Assembly: GCA_964016885.1 (NCBI GenBank)
Contig: OZ024741.1
Coordinates: 373,550,001 to 373,614,000 of the forward strand
Reading direction: 5' to 3'
Length of the DNA: 64,000 nucleotides
From: Eledone cirrhosa
Taxonomy: Eukaryota
In this document: piece by piece, positions 57,700-64,000 of the stretch
Numbering within the stretch: the first letter of the stretch is position 1
Layout of the letters: every line of letters starts with the position of its first letter
Position numbers and translations under genes: made by a program
The notes under the pieces: generated by a model
The model's database searches: none
The model's input: only the letters and a program-made list of their open reading frames with translations
What the model was told of the DNA's origin: nothing

Positions 57700-58203
57700 G
57701 TCTTTGTCAGGTTGACTTTAAGACCCTTTGTTTCTAAGCCGTGCTTCTAGGTTTGAAATTTCTTCTCTCATTCTGCCATTGACTCAGTGTGAGATCATCT
57801 ATGTACAGGAGTTCCCATGAGCAACCAGTTTTAAACTCCTCTGTTATAGCCTGCAGTGCAATAATAAACACGAGAGCCCTGGTGGATGCCACCCTGCATG
57901 CTAAATTCTTCGCTATAGTCGTTGTTAATCCTAACTTTGCTGACTGCTCCCATATACAGCCTTCACAAGCCACTCATCTACTAGTTTTCTAAGAGACCAC
58001 CAGATTATGGCATGGGGGACTCTATGAAAAGCTTTCTCCAGATTAACAAATTCCAGGTAGAGCAGCTTACTTTTAGCTAGGTACTTCTGTAGCTGCTTCA
58101 CCAGGAAGAGAGTATTGGTGGTGCTTTTACCCGGCACAAATCCGAACTGCATTTCATCTAGATTTATCTGGTCCCTATTCAACTGTTCTATAATTCTTTC
58201 CAT
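57700..58203 (-). mobile_element. Degenerate RTE RT fragment
   Basis: DEMQFGFVPGKST..LEKAF..AITEEFKTGC.WELLYIDD. Confidence 0.85.
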
Positions 58204-59719
58204 TATATATATATATAATTTTTGATGATTTAGTGTTGAAGAATAAAACCTAATGTTGAAATAAAAATATATATTAAAAAAGAGGCCCTGAAGGTGTGTG
58301 GCCCTAACCTATAGCTTATTTACCTTATAGGTAAGTCCAGCACTGGATTATGACACTCAATAACTAGTTGTATACACCAGGTGGGATAGATAAAAACAAC
58401 ATATTAAAGCAATATCAGAAATAGACATCTTCTAGAAACTGTCCGTTAGAAACTAATTGCTCAGTTAAAATGGTCGACTTAAAGGAAGCATTGCTAATTT
58501 GTTTCAAGTAAGCTGACATTTCAAAAAGATGTTATCAAGAATAAACTGAATTATATTTTCCCATTTTAATTACATCCTGAAGAAAAAACATCTATTTAAT
58601 TAGGTTCCAAATTATTTTGGTAAAAAAAAGCACAAACTAAAACTACTGAGTAAAAACATCCTTCTGTCAACTCTATCAACATAAAGAAATTCTCGTCAGT
58701 CACAAGGCAGCTTGTTAGTATTCAGCTTAAATAATATTGGAGTATGAAATGGAAGTGTTGGCAATCCTTCCATCACAGACTTTATCACCACAATCATCTT
58801 ATCTTTTATTAACCATTTCTTTGCCATATTTCTAATCAAAGATACTGCCTATGATTTTCAAATTGTTTTAAAAACAATCAAGAATTTGGAAGGATTTAGC
58901 AATATAATTATGTTTGCATTAAGCTGGTGTTTGGAGGATAACTTTACAAAGGTTCTTACATAAAATTATCTAAATATAAGTACTTTAACTTTTTTGATAT
59001 ATTTTTTTATGAAAGACACTGCCTATGATTTTCAGTCTTATTGGTAGCTTGGAGTTCCATATATTTATGGTATGCTGTCCATGCTAGCGTTTTTCTGACT
59101 GAGAAGTTTGTTTTTTTTCAGAACTTTAGGTCCAGGATCCTAGATATTTAGATTTATCAACAACTTTCAACATTTCACCACTTTTCTCCACCAGTAAACA
59201 TTTGAATAAACAAACCCATTTCTTCATATTTTCTGCTAAATCATTATAGGATGTTAAGATTTAATGAAGAATTGGAGGTAGTGGTTACTAGAATGATTAA
59301 TTATTCCTTTACCTATGAAGATGTCATTTCTAACATAATTTAAGAAGTTCTTATATAAAATCACTTCAGAAGATTTTTATTTTGCTAGAAGCCCTTTACA
59401 ATGGGTTGCTTTATTTCATAGAAACAGAGGAGACTTTGGGTGAGTTTGTATCAAAAGGATTAAAATACAAATATCTTCTTTAACATTTTAAGACAGAAAT
59501 GATTTGAGGTAGATTTGACTGATATTTTTAGCAGGTTGAGTGGCTTTAGCCACCACTGCCAACTCACCAACAGGAGGGTGTTACAACACAGGGGTCAAAA
59601 CACCCAATGAGTGTTGGGCACATTCAGATGACATCAACTCCTCCTGGTCATGGCTATATTCACTGAAAGGGAATGAATGAGAAATCTTTAAGATGTAATT
59701 ATTCTTATTTAACTATAAT

Positions 59720-59903
59720 TGTTTTACTTTTGGCACAAGGCCAGCAATTATCCCAGTGCATTACTGGTACTTTATTTTATTGACCCCCGTAAGGATGAAA
59801 GGCAAAGTTTACCTTGGCAGGATTTGAACTTAGACCGGAAAGGGGCATAACTATGCTGGAAAGCATGGCGTCCAACCCTCTACCGATACTGTCAATCCAC
59901 TCC
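59720..59903 (-). mobile_element. Meta-like SINE flanked by a 17-bp direct repeat (TSD) TCTTATTTAACTATAAT
   Basis: Homolog of 7779-7979; repeat at 59703-59719 and 59904-59920. Confidence 0.82.
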
Positions 59904-60104
59904 TCTTATTTAACTATAATGATGGGTAAATTTAGTTATGTTTGAAAATGGATAATTCTTCAGTAAGAACAAAAAGGAAAAACAAAATTTAATGTTTCGT
60001 AAGTTACCACTATATTGTTGCTGCTTTTGTTGTTGTTGTTTAGACCCAAATCAACATGGATCAAGCAAGCATCTTCCTTGCCAAACAAGAGATTAACATA
60101 TATA

Positions 60105-61000
60105 CGAGGTGTGTCAGAAAAGTTCCAGGACTGATGTCACAAAAGATTTATTTCAAACCCAAACTTCACACTAAGAGTTTTCTCCTTCAAAGTAATCTCC
60201 CTGGAGTTTAATGCACTTTTCCATCCTTTTCTGCTACGCTTGCATGCACTCCTGGAAGGATTCTTCCGGGATCCTCTGCAGTTCCGTCGTCACAACCTTT
60301 TTGATGTCGTCCACGTCTTCAAAACGGGTCCCCCCCGGGTCGTACTCGAAGATCCATGACACATCACCGGTGATGACTGTCCCTAGCAAGTCTGGTTCGG
60401 TTTCAAGACGCTCAAGGATGTCCTGGCACACTTGCATGCGTCGACCCTTCTGGTCATCGTTCAGCAGTTTTGGCACCATCTTCGCGCAGACTTTCCACAT
60501 GTCCAAATCTTCAGTGAGAATCTTCCAGACGCTGTCCCGATTCATGCCCAGCTCATTTGCCATTAGTCGAACAGTCAGCCGACGATCGCTACGCACCATC
60601 TGCCTGACGCGCTCAACGTTGACCTCAGTCCTGGTTGTTGAGGGCCTTCCGCTCCTGGGGACATCTTCCACGTCCTCGCGTCTTTCTTTAAACCTCTTGC
60701 ACCACTCAAAAACACGTGAGCATGACATCGTCTCATCTCCATACACTTGCTGCAGCAATCCCAGTGCTTCTGACGGAGTTTTCAAGTTTGTTCGTTGCTA
60801 TGTGCTCATTGCTTGACGACCTGAAACAGAGGACATGTATATAAAATTATGAAGAAAAAAGTTTGATCGCTGCAGAGAGCTAAGATTACATTTACATACT
60901 CCAGAGGGATTACTTTGAAGGAGAAAACTCTTAGTGTGAAGTTTGGGTTTGAAATAAATCTTTTGTGACATCAGTCCTGGAACTTTTCTGACACACCTCG
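60105..61000 (-). mobile_element. Internally deleted mariner transposon with ~100-bp TIRs and TA TSD
   Basis: TA-CGAGGTGTGTCAGAAAAGTTCC ... GGAACTTTTCTGACACACCTCG-TA. Confidence 0.92.
60234..60785 (-). pseudogene. mariner transposase remnant (HTH, MVPKLL, ITGD; most of the catalytic domain deleted)
   Basis: RSGRPST, CAKMVPKLL, VITGDVSWIFEYDP joined directly to GTRFEDVDDIK. Confidence 0.9.
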
Positions 61001-61009
61001 TATATATAT

Positions 61010-61249
61010 AACCTGAGTTCCTATGGGTACAAGCTGAAGCATATAGAGAATATGCTTCACTCCCTCCCACTATAAAGTGGTCGTGTAGGTGCCATAGTAA
61101 AAGAAGCACCCATCACTCACTGTAAATGAGGTTGGTGTTAAGAAGGGCATCCAGCTGTAGAAATCAAACCAAAATCAGTTCCGTATGAGCAAGACATGGT
61201 CACCTGACCTGGCATGGCCCACAACAGGAAAACCCGTCTAACCCATGTT
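61010..61249 (+). mobile_element. RTE 3' UTR fragment (850-2550 subfamily) lacking a tail and followed by a third mariner TIR end (61250-61277)
   Basis: Similar to 2225-2508. Confidence 0.78.
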
Positions 61250-61631
61250 AGTCCTGGAACGTTTCTGACACACCTCGTATGTGCACATATAACTGACTCA
61301 ATACACACGTATTTTTCTCATTTCCTAATACTTTCTCCATTGTACTGTGTCATTTGCTTTGTTATTTCTGTTTACCTTTTACACACACACACATATATTA
61401 TAACGAGTTGGGACTGATACTGAGCTCTTCCGATTTCAAAAGCTAGTCTGGAACTAGCTGTTGAAAAGGCAAGAGCTCAGCCATTGGGTTCAAACTCTTT
61501 ATAATATAGCCATATTTTATTGACCCAAAAAATTAATGAATAAACAATACAGGGAAACAGTACACTACAATGAATGTATATATATATATATATATATATA
61601 TTAGTTTAGTGCTTAATATAGTCGAAAAAGA

Positions 61632-61669
61632 ATCTTAACCTTTCAGATGTTAATCCTTCATCAGAAGAT
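61632..61669 (-). ncRNA. Degenerate minimal hammerhead in a PLE-type remnant (~61600-61800)
   Basis: Minus strand ATCTT-CTGATGA-AGGAT(TAAC)ATCT-GAAA-GGTT-AAGAT; next to (TA)n. Confidence 0.6.
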
Positions 61670-62004
61670 GGAATGAAAGATAAAAGAATAGAAAGATAGA
61701 TGAGAGTAAGAAGAGGAAAAGATAAAAAATATTGGAAAGGAGAAGAATTTTTATGTTTAGTTAGTTGGTTAGCCATATATACTCTTGTATTATCCAACTA
61801 TACCAGAGGTCTCACCACCAGCTAGCCTCATGTCTCCAAACATGAAACTGAGTCTCTGAGTAACAAAACACAATATGTCTGAACACATTAAACTTCCTCT
61901 GTATAGAGTTTTTCTTTTTATTTCGTTTGTAATGTTTTATAAGAAGAAATATTTGCAAACATAATCCCAAAACAACATATGTGTGTATTCTGTGTGTGTG
62001 TGTG

Positions 62005-62089
<85 letters not shown>

Positions 62090-63014
62090 TTTACTTAAAT
62101 AAAACCCTGTTTTTCAAGATTTTACAACAATGATTGACTGCCATGAAATTGCAACAGACACAAATAGAATTACTTTTTTAAATAGCAAAATCCAGAAAAC
62201 TCTATCTAATTAGTTGGCAATGTAACAAGAAGTGACATATTTTAAATATTTAGATCTTTTGCCAGAATTTCTTTTTAGGCTAGTTTTGGTTAGAATTTAG
62301 TTAATTATTTTTGTTTTGTTTTTAAATTACAAAATGAACAAAAGTAGGAAGATATTTAAAAGAGCTAAACACATCCTTCTGAAAATGTTCCTGTTTCTGA
62401 TTCTCTAATTATTAACTAATAATAGAATATTCATTGAAAGCCAACACCATTCCATATTTACCATACCTACCACATACATATGCAGGTGCAAACTTGAGAA
62501 AATTTCTGTTGAATTTTGAGTAAAGAGAATTAATCCTGAAGATAGTAAATAACCTCCAGAGGTATTCTCCCAAACAGCGAATAAGCCACTACTGTTTCTT
62601 AAATTAACAGTTGGCATTTTTTCTTAACTATTTTTTTTGTACATGTTAGCAAGTTTTATCAAAGCCAACTGTTTCCTGACTATATCAGTGTATTAAACAG
62701 ATGCCGAAAATGGTTTGAATATCATAGTTTTTCTGTTCTGTCAGTAGCATTATAGTTATCCATCTCACCACCTTGCCACCAACACTATCTATTTCTTTTC
62801 TAGTTAAATGTTATTAAACAGATTCTATATAAATCATAGGAAGCAAAATAATCGACATTTTGATGTTTATTCTAGATCTTGTATGTATGTAGACCCAGAA
62901 TCTCCTGGTGGAATCATAGTGTTGCCATAGAGACATACATCATGTCTAGGGCATTTAAAACTTGGCAGAGCCCATCATCTCCCCAGCTCAGAACACAGCC
63001 AAATTTCTTCCACA

Positions 63015-64000
63015 GAAGGAGAGAGAGGATGTGAGAGAGAGAGGATGTGTGAAAGAGAGGGGATGCGAGAGAGAGGGGATGCGTGAAAGAGAGGGGATGC
63101 GTGAAAGAGAGGGGATGAGCGAGAGAGGGGATAAGAGAGAGAGGGGATGAGAGAGAGGATATGAGAGAGAGGATGTGTGAGGGGGTGATATGGGGGTGAG
63201 AGATGGTGAGAGGGGGAGAGGGGGGTTGAGAGAGGGGGGTGATAGGGGGGGTGAGAGATGGGGGGAGAGAGAGGGGGATTTGAGAGAGAAAGGGGGGATT
63301 TGAGAGAGATTGGGGATTTGAGAGAGAGAGGGATTTGAGAGAGAGGGGGATTCGAGAGAAAGAGGGGGGGATTTGAGAGGGAGAGGGGGGATTTGAGAGG
63401 GAGAGGGGGGATTTGAGAGAGAGAGGGCGATTTGAGAGAGAGAGAGGGCGGTTTGAGAGAGAGAGAGGGGGGTTTGAGAGAGAGAGAGGGGGATGAGAGA
63501 GAGGGGGGTTGTGAGAGAGGGGTTGTGAGAGAGAGGGGGGTTGTGAGAGAGGGGTTGTGAGAGAGAGAGGGGTTGTGAGAGAGAGGGGTTGTGAGAGAGA
63601 GGGGGGTTGTGAGAGAGGGGTTGTGAGAGAGAGAGGGGTTGTGAGAGAGCGGGGGGGGGGTGAGAGAGAGAGGGGGGGTTGTGTGAGAGAGGGGTTGTGA
63701 GAGAGAGAGGGGTTGTGAGAGAGAGAGGGGGTTTGTGTGAGAGAGAGGGATGTGAGAGAGAGGGATGTGAGAGAGAGGGATGTGAGAGAGGGGGATGTGA
63801 GAGAGGGGGATGTGAGAGAGAGAGAGAGGATGTGAGAGAGGGGGATGTGAGAGAGAGAGAGAGGATGTGAGAGAGGGGGATGTGAGAGAGAGAGAGGATG
63901 TGAGAGAGAGAGGATGTGAGAGAGAGGGGATGTGAGAGAGAGGGGATGTGAGAGAGAGAGAGAGGATGTGAGAGAGAGAGAGGATGTGAGAGAGAGAGAG
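63015..64000. repeat. Purine-rich (GA)n/GGGG(A)T(G)T minisatellite
   Basis: Direct reading. Confidence 0.95.

Noticed and set aside
62340-62790. Possible host exon or processed pseudogene (ORF 62405-62617)
   Set aside because: No recognisable motif or convincing splice sites; needs a homology search

Overview
Eukaryotic, repeat-saturated DNA with no recognisable host gene. The (TA)n fields, (GAT)n-tailed RTE LINEs and CORE-type SINEs suggest a mollusc, probably an octopus (inference). From ~1 to 48 kb a huge, strand-polarised (TA)n/(TACA)/(TAAATACA) microsatellite field is interrupted by many insertions: about 20 RTE LINE copies or fragments (three near full length), tRNA-derived SINEs, a CR1-like LINE and remnants of several Penelope-like element (PLE) families. 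From 48 to 64 kb there is an apparently intact Gypsy LTR retrotransposon, a 5'-truncated CRE-type (RLE) LINE, an internally deleted mariner, and a GA-rich tract. Most notable: (1) the RTE ORF carries a C4HC3 PHD finger inserted inside the RT region; (2) the RTE 3' UTR and the SINE share a variable array of alternating H-type pseudoknot modules with compensatory changes; (3) about a dozen hammerhead-ribozyme motifs from ~8 PLE-type families, including U3-A8 core variants and ~90-105-nt stem II extensions, with one inverted pseudo-LTR starting within 2 nt of the predicted cleavage site. All I/Y/M/C-rich ORFs are microsatellite artefacts. Structures and coordinates were read by eye and are not computed.
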